From contig URIB01000003.1 of NCBI GenBank assembly GCA_900547785.1, forward strand, positions 33,780 through 97,779: DNA of 64,000 nucleotides. The letters are read 5' to 3'. Within the stretch, counting starts at the first letter, position 1; each line of letters opens with the position of its first letter. The notes below the pieces were generated by a model. It was not told the origin of the DNA and searched no databases. It was given only the letters and a program-made list of their open reading frames with translations. The translations under genes were made by a program, and so were the position numbers. This DNA is from an uncultured Dialister sp. (GTDB lineage Bacteria; Bacillota; Negativicutes; Veillonellales; Dialisteraceae). Below are positions 29,273-39,061 of the stretch, piece by piece.

Positions 29273-29938
29273 TCATAAAATGCAGGCAACCCTTTCAAAT
29301 ATTTCAGAAGAAACTTCTTCTACACTTCGCATCCGCTTTCCGTAAACACACGAAATTCTTTGCCACCCATATTTTTCACATAGTGTCTGGTACGCAGAGT
29401 AACATTTCTCCAAATATTCCAAGTGCTGCTCATGAATATCCATAGAACCTCCTCTACCGGCTCTTTCTCGCACCAATTCTTTAGAAACTGCAAGAGGGAC
29501 ATCCAATAAAATGACCCTGTCCGGACGAGGTAATTCCAATTTTTTATACTCCGTTTCATCAAGCCAATTTAAAAATTCCTCACGCTTTTCTTTTTCATCA
29601 TACTTTGTCATCTGATGAACCATATTGCTTGTCGTATACCGGTCAGCAATAACAATGCCGCCCTCTTTATAAAATGATTTCCAACAGGTATGGTAAGATG
29701 CAAACCGATCTAAGGCATAAAACAAAGAAGCTGCATAAGGATTCACTTCGCCGGGATTTTTTCCGAAATCTCCCTGTAAATACATTTTCACCAAAGCGGA
29801 GGACGGACTTTCATAGTCAGGAAAAGATACATGCATTACTTTCTTCCCTGATTTTTCAATTTTTTCTCTTAAAATATTCGACTGGGTTGCTTTCCCGCTC
29901 CCATCTATTCCTTCGAGCACAATCAATTTTCCGCTCAT
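29273..29938 (-). CDS. tmk: Thymidylate kinase
   Basis: LEGIDGSGKATQ, SFPDY, ADRYTTSN. Confidence 0.9.
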   Translation of the reverse strand: MSGKLIVLEGIDGSGKATQSNILREKIEKSGKKVMHVSFPDYESPSSALVKMYLQGDFGKNPGEVNPYAASLFYALDRFASYHTCWKSFYKEGGIVIADRYTTSNMVHQMTKYDEKEKREEFLNWLDETEYKKLELPRPDRVILLDVPLAVSKELVRERAGRGGSMDIHEQHLEYLEKCYSAYQTLCEKYGWQRISCVYGKRMRSVEEVSSEIFERVACIL

Positions 29939-30017
29939 TTTATATCTCCTGTTCAGAATTTCTTTTTCTGCTTTTTATTTTATCATCAATCATAATATTC
30001 CACAAAAAAAGAGCCTT

Positions 30018-30596
30018 TCAGCTCTTCTTTTCTTTTTTCGGATTAAAAAGGTTCATTGCCCTGTCAACGGTTGTTTCCAATGCACATTCAATGGAATCGG
30101 CCGTATATTTTTTTGCCGCTTCAATCAATGCTATGTCTTCTCCATAAGGACGACTGAGTACATGATCAATTACAGTATGTCCGTCCTTCGGATGTCCTAC
30201 TCCGATACGAAAACGGACAAACTCTTCCGTGTGCAGACAGGAAATCAGCGATTTGATTCCATTATGCCCCCCTGCCGAGCCCTTTTTTCTGATCCTTATT
30301 TTTCCCGGCGGCAGATCCAAGTCATCACAAATGATATAAATATCGTCCGTAGCAATTTTATAATATCCGGCAATGGCGCTTACTGCATCACCGCTTAAGT
30401 TCATATAGGTCAACGGTTTTACCAACCATATTTTCTCACCGAATTTGATTCCGGATATTATTTCGGCCTGCATTTCCGTTTTCCGGTTTTGCATAGACCA
30501 ACGACGAGCCAACTCATCAATGACATCAAACCCCATATTGTGCCGGGTGTGTGCATATTTCTCTCCCGGATTTCCGAGACCTGCAATCAGTTTCAT
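30018..30596 (-). CDS. pth: Peptidyl-tRNA hydrolase
   Basis: GLGNPG..Y..TRHNMG, KPLTYMNLSG, DDLDL, GGHNG. Confidence 0.97.
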   Translation of the reverse strand: MKLIAGLGNPGEKYAHTRHNMGFDVIDELARRWSMQNRKTEMQAEIISGIKFGEKIWLVKPLTYMNLSGDAVSAIAGYYKIATDDIYIICDDLDLPPGKIRIRKKGSAGGHNGIKSLISCLHTEEFVRFRIGVGHPKDGHTVIDHVLSRPYGEDIALIEAAKKYTADSIECALETTVDRAMNLFNPKKEKKS

Positions 30597-31546
30597 TTAT
30601 CAAACAAGGCACTTACCGATGCATCATGGAAGATGCGGATAATAGCCTCTCCTAAAAGCGGCGCCACCGACAGTACCGTTAATTTATCTTGTACTTTTTC
30701 TTTTTCAATCGGTAATGAATTTGTTACAACCAATTCATTGATATTTGAATTTTTGATACGTTCTGTAGCCGGGTCGGTCAGGACAGGATGGCAAACGGCG
30801 GCATACACGCCCACCGCTCCTGCGTTCGCCAGTGCTTTAGCCCCTTCACAAAGCGAGCCTGCGGTATCTACGATGTCATCTACAATAAAGCAGTTTCTCC
30901 CTTTCACGTCACCGATGATATTCATCACTTTCGCCACTCCAGGTTCAGGACGTCGTTTTTCAATAATAGCAATAGGTGCTCCTACACGGTCAGCTAAATC
31001 TCTTGCTCTGTTGACACCGCCCAAGTCGGGAGACACAATGGTTAAATTCTCCAAATTCTTTGACTTGATATATTCGGATAATAACGCTGCCGACGCCAAA
31101 TGGTCGACAGGAACATCAAAAAAGCCTTGGATTTGTCCGGCATGGAGATCCATCGTTACAACCCGGGTCACTCCGGCTGCGGAAAGGAGATCAGCCACCA
31201 GTTTGGAGCTGATCGGTTCTCTTCCTCTGGTTTTCCGATCTTGTCTGGCATATCCATAGTAAGGTACTACGACAGTAATATGACGGGCTGATGCTCTTTT
31301 AAGTGCATCCACCATAATAAGCATCTCCATGAGATTGTCATTTACAGGCGCGCCTGTCGGCTGAATAATAAAGCAATCCTTTCCGCGGACGCTTTCATTA
31401 ATCATGACTTGAATTTCTCCATTATTAAATCTGCCGCACAAAGATTTCCCCAACGGAACTCCGATATAATCTGAAATTTCTTTTGCCAGTGCCGGATGTG
31501 CCGTCCCTGTAAAAATTTTCAGCTTAGACGTGCCTTCCATATCCAT
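30593..31546 (-). CDS. prs: Ribose-phosphate pyrophosphokinase
   Basis: YYGYARQDRK, DLHAGQIQGFFD, SPDLGG, VDDIVDTAGS. Confidence 0.97.
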   Translation of the reverse strand: MDMEGTSKLKIFTGTAHPALAKEISDYIGVPLGKSLCGRFNNGEIQVMINESVRGKDCFIIQPTGAPVNDNLMEMLIMVDALKRASARHITVVVPYYGYARQDRKTRGREPISSKLVADLLSAAGVTRVVTMDLHAGQIQGFFDVPVDHLASAALLSEYIKSKNLENLTIVSPDLGGVNRARDLADRVGAPIAIIEKRRPEPGVAKVMNIIGDVKGRNCFIVDDIVDTAGSLCEGAKALANAGAVGVYAAVCHPVLTDPATERIKNSNINELVVTNSLPIEKEKVQDKLTVLSVAPLLGEAIIRIFHDASVSALFDK

Positions 31547-31682
31547 TTATAATGCGCTCCTTTTCTTCCCTTCCGGGACTATGATAAGACTTCCCCCTAT
31601 ACCAATCATTATGAAGTGTTTCTTTTTATTATATACCTCATTCATGATGTTTTACCAGTTTAATTTGTAAATTGCATATGCA

Positions 31683-33062
31683 TTATTCTTTATACGTATC
31701 TTTTTTGACCCAATTCTCAATATTCACCTGCTTGGATCTTCCTATCGCCAAGGCTTCGGCAGGTACATCTTTCGTAATCGTCGACCCCGCTGCGGTAAAC
31801 GCCTTTTCTCCGATATGCACGGGAGCTACCAGATTCGTATTACACCCGATGAAAGCATGCTCTTTGATAACGCATCTGTGCTTTTCTTTGCCGTCAAAAT
31901 TGACTGTCACCGTCCCGCACCCGAAATTCACATTTTTCCCTAAATCGGAATCCCCGCAATAGATAAGATGCGGCAGTTTCGTTCCGTCATCAACAACAGA
32001 GTTTTTAACTTCTACAAAATTTCCTATCTTTACATGGTCATGAATCTCCGTATCCGGACGCAAGTGAACAAACGGACCGATTTCATTATCATTTCCCAGT
32101 TTGCATTCATGGGCATAAACACGATTCAAACAGTTCCTGTTTCCGCAAATCACATCTGTCAGCTGTGTATCCGGTCCGATGACGCAATTTTGTCCTATCA
32201 CCGTTTCTCCCTGCAAAATACAACCGGGATATAGGACTGTATCACTGCCGATTTGTACATTTTGCTCAACATATGTATGCTCCGGATCAATCATTGTTAC
32301 CCCTGCCGCCATCAGTTCTTCCGTCTTTCGATAACGAAGAATTTTATCCGCCTGCGCCAGTTGGATACGTGAATTGACCCCCATCGTTTCGTCCGCATCA
32401 TCAGCTTCAACCGGAATCACTTTTTTTCCGTTTTTAATTAATTTTTCAAAAACATCGGTCAGATAATACTCGCCTTGTGCATTTTTATTATCTATCAACC
32501 GTAATGCCGGCAGCAATTCTTTGATTTTAAATACATACGTTCCTGTATTGATTTCATGAATCGCCAATTGCTCATCCGTTCCGTCTTTTTGTTCTACAAC
32601 GGAGATCATATGCCCCTCTCCGTCACGGATAATACGACCGTAACCGAAAGGATTTTCCAGTACCGCCGTCAGGACAGAAGCGGCTGCATCATTATTTTTA
32701 CAAGTGTCTGTCAATTTTTTTATCGTAGATTCTCTAAGAAGCGGTGTGTCTCCGCAAACAACAAGGACATATCCGTCCGGGTCATTTTCAAATTCCGGCA
32801 CCGCCTGCATCACGGCATGCGCCGTTCCTAATTGTTCTTCCTGATGAACAAAGGTAATATTTTTATCCGCTAGACATGTTCTGACGTATTTTTCTTTGAA
32901 TCCGGTAACGGCAATACATTTTTCATATCCCGCATCCTTTACAGTACGAATAACCTGCTCTATCATCGGTATTCCACACACTTTATGCAAAACTTTAGGT
33001 AAAACCGATTTCATTCGTGTTCCTTGTCCTGCAGCCAAAATCACTGCCGCCAGCTTCGCCAT
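31683..33062 (-). CDS. glmU: Bifunctional UDP-GlcNAc pyrophosphorylase / acetyltransferase
   Basis: LAAGQGTRMKS.LPKVLH, GYGRI, EYYLTD, hexapeptide repeats, GNFVEVK. Confidence 0.97.
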   Translation of the reverse strand: MAKLAAVILAAGQGTRMKSVLPKVLHKVCGIPMIEQVIRTVKDAGYEKCIAVTGFKEKYVRTCLADKNITFVHQEEQLGTAHAVMQAVPEFENDPDGYVLVVCGDTPLLRESTIKKLTDTCKNNDAAASVLTAVLENPFGYGRIIRDGEGHMISVVEQKDGTDEQLAIHEINTGTYVFKIKELLPALRLIDNKNAQGEYYLTDVFEKLIKNGKKVIPVEADDADETMGVNSRIQLAQADKILRYRKTEELMAAGVTMIDPEHTYVEQNVQIGSDTVLYPGCILQGETVIGQNCVIGPDTQLTDVICGNRNCLNRVYAHECKLGNDNEIGPFVHLRPDTEIHDHVKIGNFVEVKNSVVDDGTKLPHLIYCGDSDLGKNVNFGCGTVTVNFDGKEKHRCVIKEHAFIGCNTNLVAPVHIGEKAFTAAGSTITKDVPAEALAIGRSKQVNIENWVKKDTYKE

Positions 33063-33143
33063 ACTTCCTCCTGATTGAATGCCTATGTTTCTCTTATCTC
33101 ATTTATTTTAACAAACCGAATTATGTCCCGCAAGAAAAAGAAA

Positions 33144-33169
33144 ACTGTGTGATTTTAAAATCACACAGT
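33144..33169 (-). terminator. Perfect 26-bp palindrome, probable terminator
   Basis: ACTGTGTGATTTTAAAATCACACAGT with a U-rich tail on the minus strand, 10 nt after the stop codon. Confidence 0.6.
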
Positions 33170-33179
33170 CAAATTTTAT

Positions 33180-34247
33180 TTATGAAACCAAATACACTTT
33201 CACGTTCTCCTTAAATCCCCATTGATAAGCCTGCTCCAGTGTATCTACCCCTACATCTATGATATTTCCTTGAATGGCTCCTCCAATGTCATCACAAATG
33301 GCATAGCCGTATCCCTCTATATAAACAATGCTTCCCAACGGAATGACCTCCGGATCCACCGCCGCATGACCTTTCCCCGCATAATTTCCCATTGCGGTCA
33401 TACCCGTGCCGCCTCCGTCAAGCGGTGTATATGCCGTAGATGTCATATGAACCACTTTTTTGTATTTCCCTCCAAATTGAGGACTTTGCTCCAACTTTTC
33501 CCACACATCACTATCCGCTTTTCCCGTTTCTTTAAGTTTATTTCTTTTTTGAAGTTTGAGCACCGCCTGCTCCGTTCCTTTCCCGTAGATTCCATCGGAA
33601 TTTCCCGGGTAATAACCGTGAAGAAGTAATTTGTTTTGAAGTTCTGCAACTCGTTTCCCCCGGGCACCTGTCATCAGATTTTCCGTTGATTTACTTTTTA
33701 CTTTTTCCGTTTTTTGATTTGGTAAAATAGGTTCTTTCTCTTTTTTCTTATCGTTAAGAATGGATAAAGTTTGTTCATCAATCGCTCCGGAAACCGGAAT
33801 GTTATAATCCTTTTGAAGTTTTTTCACCGCCGATTCGGTCGCGCTTCCATAGATTCCGTCCGTTGGTGTCTTTAAATATCCCATCATATGTAAGCGATTC
33901 TGCATTTCAGAAATCGCGGCCCCAAGGTTTCCTTTAGCATATATGATACCGCCGCCGTCTCTTCCTTTTTTATTTTCTGATTTTTTTATTTTCATTTGTG
34001 TCGCATCATCTGCATCTCCCGTTACAGTCAATTTGTATTTTTTCTGAAACTCCATAACGGCTTTTGCTGTTGTCGATCCATAATCACCATCCGCTTCCCT
34101 TGCCAAATATCCGGCGGCCATAAGAGATTTTTGAAGGGTTTCCACCTCGCTTCCTCTCATTCCCGTCGTAAGAGTTTGGGCATATACCGACACGGAAATT
34201 TCCATGCAGAATACAGTAAACAAAATCCAAATTTTTCTTTTTTTCAC
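33180..34247 (-). CDS. Secreted peptidoglycan-binding protein with three PG_binding_1 repeats and a C-terminal 3D (MltA-like) domain
   Basis: Three G..V..LQ..L...GY...DG.YG..T..AV..(F/L)Q repeats; STAYT, AAVDPEVIPLGS, DDIGGAIQGNIIDV. GTG 34247 follows GGAGG. Confidence 0.88.
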   Translation of the reverse strand: MKKRKIWILFTVFCMEISVSVYAQTLTTGMRGSEVETLQKSLMAAGYLAREADGDYGSTTAKAVMEFQKKYKLTVTGDADDATQMKIKKSENKKGRDGGGIIYAKGNLGAAISEMQNRLHMMGYLKTPTDGIYGSATESAVKKLQKDYNIPVSGAIDEQTLSILNDKKKEKEPILPNQKTEKVKSKSTENLMTGARGKRVAELQNKLLLHGYYPGNSDGIYGKGTEQAVLKLQKRNKLKETGKADSDVWEKLEQSPQFGGKYKKVVHMTSTAYTPLDGGGTGMTAMGNYAGKGHAAVDPEVIPLGSIVYIEGYGYAICDDIGGAIQGNIIDVGVDTLEQAYQWGFKENVKVYLVS

Positions 34248-34359
34248 AACAGTACCTCCCCTGAAAATCCACGTGTATTGTACCATGGTCATTTATTTTT
34301 GTAAAAATAACACCTATATGTATCAAACAAAAGAAAAGCTGCGGTTTCCCGCAGAATTT

Positions 34360-35355
34360 TTATTTCCTATACAGCCCCATGGCATGAACAGCGTTTCGAT
34401 AAGTAGCGCTTGCTTTGACACGGGCCTTTTCCGCCCCTCTGTCCAAAATCGCATCAAGTTCCGAACTTCCTGTCAACTCTTTATATCTCATCAAAACAGG
34501 ACTCATTTCACCTGCCACCAGATCCGCCACATCTTTCTTAAATACTCCGTATCCCTGTCCTTCATACATAGCCTCTATCTCTTCAAAAGATTTGCCGGAA
34601 ATAGCGGAATGAATACTCATCAGATTGGATACACCGGGTTGATTTACTTTATCATAATGTACATGCCCGATGGAATCGGTTACCGCTCTCTTTATTTTTT
34701 TTACGACAACATCAGGCTCGTCCAGCATATGAATTGTGGCCCACTCATTGTCGTCAGATTTGCTCATTTTACTTGTCGGATCCTGCAAGCTCATGACTCT
34801 GGCTCCACCTTTGGGTAGCCATATTTCAGGAATCGTAAAAACTTCTCCGTATTTACGGTTAAAACGCTCCGCCAGATCTCTTGTAATCTCCATATGCTGT
34901 CGTTGATCTTCTCCCACCGGCACCAGATTGGTCTGATAAAGAAGAATATCTGCCGCCATCAGAGGAGGATATGCCAACAGTCCGAGAGGAATAAACCCCT
35001 CTTTTTTTTCTTCTTTTTGTGCCTTTGACTTATATTGGGTCATCCGTTCCATTTCCCCCACATAGGCACTGCAAATCATCATCCACCCGAGCATGGCATG
35101 CTCCGGCACTTCAGACTGTACGAAAATTGTCGCTTTATCGGGATTCATTCCCGCCGCAATGTAGAGAGCCGCCAGATTTCTTGTTCTTTCATGAAGAAGT
35201 TTCGGATCCTGGGGTACCGTAATGGCATGCTGATTGACGATGCAATAATAGCATTCCGCTTTTTCTTGAAAGGGAATGAAATTCTTTAATGCGCCCAGAT
35301 AATTTCCTAAAGTCAAAGAGCCGCTCGGCTGAATGCCTGAAAATATAATGTCCAT
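34360..35355 (-). CDS. trpS: Tryptophan--tRNA ligase
   Basis: FSGIQPSG.LTLGNYLGA, YPPLMAADILLY, VPVGEDQ, KMSKS. Confidence 0.97.
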   Translation of the reverse strand: MDIIFSGIQPSGSLTLGNYLGALKNFIPFQEKAECYYCIVNQHAITVPQDPKLLHERTRNLAALYIAAGMNPDKATIFVQSEVPEHAMLGWMMICSAYVGEMERMTQYKSKAQKEEKKEGFIPLGLLAYPPLMAADILLYQTNLVPVGEDQRQHMEITRDLAERFNRKYGEVFTIPEIWLPKGGARVMSLQDPTSKMSKSDDNEWATIHMLDEPDVVVKKIKRAVTDSIGHVHYDKVNQPGVSNLMSIHSAISGKSFEEIEAMYEGQGYGVFKKDVADLVAGEMSPVLMRYKELTGSSELDAILDRGAEKARVKASATYRNAVHAMGLYRK

Positions 35356-35371
35356 GATATCCCCCAATGAA

Positions 35372-37198
35372 TTATTCTACCGTTACGGATTTTGCCAAAT
35401 TTCTCGGTTTATCTACATCATTCCCACGTTTAATACTGGTATAGTAAGCTAAAATCTGCATGGGAATCACAGATAGAATCGGTGCGATAAATTCATCAAC
35501 CCTTGGAATTTTTACAATTTCCGTTGTATATTTCTCAAGTTCCGTATCATCTTCATAGCCGATTCCCAGCACTTTTGCTCCCCGTGCCCTTACTTCTTGA
35601 ATATTACTGTACATTTTGGCACTTACATTTCCTTGTGTCGCCACCGCAATAATCGGCGTTTCTTCCGTAATGAGAGCCAGTGTCCCATGCTTCAGTTCTC
35701 CCGCTGCATAGGCTTCCGCATGAATATAAGATACTTCTTTTAGTTTCAAGGCCCCTTCCATGGCAATCGCATAATCAATTGATCTTCCGAGGTAAAAAAT
35801 ATCTTCCGCCCGGATCAGCGCATCCGCCACCTCTGCCATATGGTCTTTTTCTTCCAAAACTTTTTCTATTTGTTTCGGCAACTTTAAAAGGCCTGTTATG
35901 ATTTTCTTTGCTAATTCTTCCTGAATCGTTCCTTTAATCCGTCCCATATACAAGGCCAGCATCAGTAAAGAAACAAGCTGTGTCGTATATGCCTTCGTCG
36001 AAGCCACTGCAATCTCCGGCCCTGCCACAGTATAAACCGCCGTATCGGATTCTCTGGCAATAGAGGAGCCTACCGAATTGGTCACAGCTATACTCTGAGC
36101 CCCCAGCCGTTTTGCTTCTTTTAAAGCCGCCAAGGTATCAATGGTTTCTCCGGATTGGCTAATCACGATACAAAGCGTTCCCGCCGTTGTGAGCGGATGA
36201 CTGTACCTGTACTCCGATGCAATTTCAACAGAAACAGGTATCTTGACAAATCTCTCAATATAATGCTTTGCCACCAGTCCCGCATGATAAGCGGTCCCGC
36301 AAGCTGTAATCAAAACGGAATCAATATTTTCCAGACGGCTTTTGGTCCAGTTCAGGTTGTCAAAATTGACGGTTCCGTCTTTTTTCACATGCATATGAAC
36401 CGTATCTTCCACCGCTTTAGGCTGCTCATAAATTTCTTTCAGCATAAAGTGAGGATACCCGCCTTTTTCAGCGGCTTCCGCCGACCAAGTTACTTCCTGC
36501 ACTTTTTTTGAAACCGGAAGCCCCTCTTCATCATAGACGGTAACACCGTCTTTTTTTACAATGGCGGTTTCTCCATCATTCAGAATATAAATACGACGGG
36601 TGCGGTTAATGACCGCCGGAATATCGGAAGCAATGAAATTTTCTCCTTCTCCAAGCCCTATGATTAAAGGATTATCTTTCTTCGTACAAATAATCGTATC
36701 CGGGTCTTCTCTATTTAAAAATACCAAGGAATAGGAACCTTCGATTCGGGCGCAAACTTTTCTGACGGTGGATAAGAAATCACCGTCATCTAATTCTTCC
36801 CCCAGATGAGGAATCACCTCACTGTCCGTTTCCGACTTGAATATATGCCCCTTTTCCAGCAATTCTTTTTTTAGTTCCATATAGTTTTCTATAATGCCGT
36901 TATGGACAATCACAAAATGATTATGATTATCTCCGTGAGGATGCGCATTATCGTCTGACGGTACACCATGAGTGGCCCACCGGGTATGACCGATTCCTAT
37001 ATGTCCGTGCAGCGGATGTACCTTTATTTCTTTTTCCAGATTGGCCAATCCGCCTTGTTTTTTTTCTATACGAATTTTTCCGTTTTCATACACAGCAATA
37101 CCTGCCGAATCATAGCCTCTGTATTCCAAGCGGCGAAGACCGTCAATGAGAAATTCCGATGCATCTTTTTTCCCTATATAGCCTACTATGCCACACAT
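35372..37198 (-). CDS. glmS: Glutamine--fructose-6-phosphate aminotransferase
   Basis: MCGIVG, HTRWATHG, HNGIIEN, SQSGET, PRNLAKSVTVE. Confidence 0.98.
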   Translation of the reverse strand: MCGIVGYIGKKDASEFLIDGLRRLEYRGYDSAGIAVYENGKIRIEKKQGGLANLEKEIKVHPLHGHIGIGHTRWATHGVPSDDNAHPHGDNHNHFVIVHNGIIENYMELKKELLEKGHIFKSETDSEVIPHLGEELDDGDFLSTVRKVCARIEGSYSLVFLNREDPDTIICTKKDNPLIIGLGEGENFIASDIPAVINRTRRIYILNDGETAIVKKDGVTVYDEEGLPVSKKVQEVTWSAEAAEKGGYPHFMLKEIYEQPKAVEDTVHMHVKKDGTVNFDNLNWTKSRLENIDSVLITACGTAYHAGLVAKHYIERFVKIPVSVEIASEYRYSHPLTTAGTLCIVISQSGETIDTLAALKEAKRLGAQSIAVTNSVGSSIARESDTAVYTVAGPEIAVASTKAYTTQLVSLLMLALYMGRIKGTIQEELAKKIITGLLKLPKQIEKVLEEKDHMAEVADALIRAEDIFYLGRSIDYAIAMEGALKLKEVSYIHAEAYAAGELKHGTLALITEETPIIAVATQGNVSAKMYSNIQEVRARGAKVLGIGYEDDTELEKYTTEIVKIPRVDEFIAPILSVIPMQILAYYTSIKRGNDVDKPRNLAKSVTVE

Positions 37199-37301
37199 AT
37201 AAACCTCCTGATCAAGCCTATATCTTCTATCATTTATGTCATGTTGTTTTATTCATTCCAATAGGTATGCTAAGTTATTATAGCATATTTTCCTTTACCC
37301 C

Positions 37302-37883
37302 TTATATCGAATCAATGATCCCTTCAAATGGCTGCATATCCGCAAACCCCGAAAGCGCCGCCGCGACACCTAATATGATAAGAGATACGGTCAAGAAAAC
37401 TCCTATCAGAAAAGGAGAAACTCCAATCAGAAAAGCTTTCCCGTTTCCAAATCCGTAATTACTGCGAATGGCCAATATATCGAGAATAAAACTCCATAAA
37501 GCAATAAGAAACATCCCGATACCGTTGACCGTTTCCCACCCGATTTGTCCGAGCAGGATAAAAAACACTGAAAATGCATATGGCAAAGAAGCACTCATAA
37601 ACCCTGCCGTAATTCCCCGGGCCGTACCTCTTCCTCCGAAAAGCCCGGACAAATAATCAATGACCGCACTATGAAAAAGCAAAAAAAGTCCTAATAAAAT
37701 AACCGTGCCGATAAACTCGGATACAATACCGGCTCCGGTACTGAAGGACGATACGGTCATCAAAAGAATAACAAAAAGCCAAATAACGGCTCCTTCTTTC
37801 CACTTTTCTCCACTCGTAATATCTTCCAAAGTTTTTGCCGGACAGACAATCAATCCGTATATGTCATCTAAAATTGTATGCAT
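37302..37883 (-). CDS. Yip1-family membrane protein
   Basis: N-terminal ..IVCPAKTL pattern, about 5 TM segments, LFGGRG motif. Confidence 0.7.
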   Translation of the reverse strand: MHTILDDIYGLIVCPAKTLEDITSGEKWKEGAVIWLFVILLMTVSSFSTGAGIVSEFIGTVILLGLFLLFHSAVIDYLSGLFGGRGTARGITAGFMSASLPYAFSVFFILLGQIGWETVNGIGMFLIALWSFILDILAIRSNYGFGNGKAFLIGVSPFLIGVFLTVSLIILGVAAALSGFADMQPFEGIIDSI

Positions 37884-37892
37884 AAAATCTCC

Positions 37893-38840
37893 TTATCTAA
37901 TTGCCGGCAGCGGCTCTTTACTCATCACGCCCAGAATTTCATGTGCCACTCCCTGTGAAACCGTTTTTAAAATGCTTTCCGCTTCTCCGTTGAATATATT
38001 TCTCAAAGACTTGCCGGCAGAATACTTCTTCACCGGTATATTTTCTCCTTCTATCCCTGCTCTGCCTGCGGCATAATTGAGGGCATCATAATAATTGCCC
38101 ATGGCATCCACCAATCCGATATCCATCGCCTGTTGTCCCGTCAGAATACGCCCGTCCGCAAAACTTCTTACTTTTTCTAATTCTATATGCCGTCCGTCGG
38201 ATACTGTTTTTATAAACTGCATATAAATATCATCCACCATCTTCTGAATCATGGCGGTTTCTTCGTCCGTCATCGGTCTGTACATGGAAAGTATATCCTT
38301 ATGGGCGCCGCTTTTTATTTTTTGGTTTTTTATCCCCAATTTATCCATCAGCTCTTCCATATTGGTGTAATCCATATAAACTCCGATGCTGCCGGTCAAT
38401 GTGGCAGGATTGGCAAATACATAATCTCCTTTGCTTGCCAGCCAATAGCCGGCGGATGCGCACATATCCCCCATAGAAATAATAATGGGCTTCCCTGCAC
38501 TCTTTATTTTGTCCATTTCTTCCGCAATTTCCTGCGTAGCCCCCGTAGATCCGCCTGGACTATTGATTCGAAGCAAAACGGCTTTCACCCGGCTGTCTTT
38601 CCGCGCTTGCTCCAATTCATACATAATCTGCTCACTTGCTGCTCCCGTAGCGGCCGCAAAAACCGAATCTTCCTGCGGACCCCCGTAAATAGCTCCGTCT
38701 ATACGAATGACCGCCACGCAATCTTTAGCGGGTGTTATTTTAGCATGTCCTCTTATGTCCGGCAAAAATCCGGCAGCCACGGCACATACAAAAAGTGCGG
38801 CAAAAATAAAAATGACCCACTTTTGATTTCTTTTATCCAC
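37893..38840 (-). CDS. sppA: Signal peptide peptidase SppA (S49)
   Basis: LRINSPGGS, MCASAGYWLA, TGSIGV, KSGAHKD, ADGRILTG. Likely GTG start 38840 after GAGGAG. Confidence 0.93.
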   Translation of the reverse strand: MDKRNQKWVIFIFAALFVCAVAAGFLPDIRGHAKITPAKDCVAVIRIDGAIYGGPQEDSVFAAATGAASEQIMYELEQARKDSRVKAVLLRINSPGGSTGATQEIAEEMDKIKSAGKPIIISMGDMCASAGYWLASKGDYVFANPATLTGSIGVYMDYTNMEELMDKLGIKNQKIKSGAHKDILSMYRPMTDEETAMIQKMVDDIYMQFIKTVSDGRHIELEKVRSFADGRILTGQQAMDIGLVDAMGNYYDALNYAAGRAGIEGENIPVKKYSAGKSLRNIFNGEAESILKTVSQGVAHEILGVMSKEPLPAIR

Positions 38841-38946
38841 TATAATCAACTCCTCTTTTCTTTTTGCTATTATATCATTTTCATTTATGCATCAAAAACG
38901 GGCGATAAAAAAATCTCACTCCTGAAAAATCAGAAAATGAGATTCT

Positions 38947-39022
38947 TGGTGACCGGTATGGGATTCGAACCCATACTCTCTGCGCTGAGAACGCAGCGTC
39001 TTAACCGTTTGACTAACCGGCC
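38947..39022 (-). tRNA. tRNA-Glu(CUC)
   Basis: GGCCGGU acceptor stem, anticodon arm CUGCG-UU-CUC-AG-CGCAG, GGUUCGAAUCC T arm, encoded CCA; promoter TTGATA-17-TATAAT upstream. Confidence 0.93.
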
Positions 39023-39061
39023 ATATGACAACAGTTATTATAAACGGTATTTTTTGAAATA

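Noticed and set aside
30489..31259. Long antisense ORFs (here 256 aa opposite prs; also 38187-39113, 50567-51271, 10098-10754, 43133-43780)
   Set aside because: They are shadows of well-conserved genes on the other strand, with no SD or recognisable domain.
33108..33125. PurR-box-like AAACCGAATTA upstream of glmU
   Set aside because: Single, imperfect copy in AT-rich sequence; not enough support.
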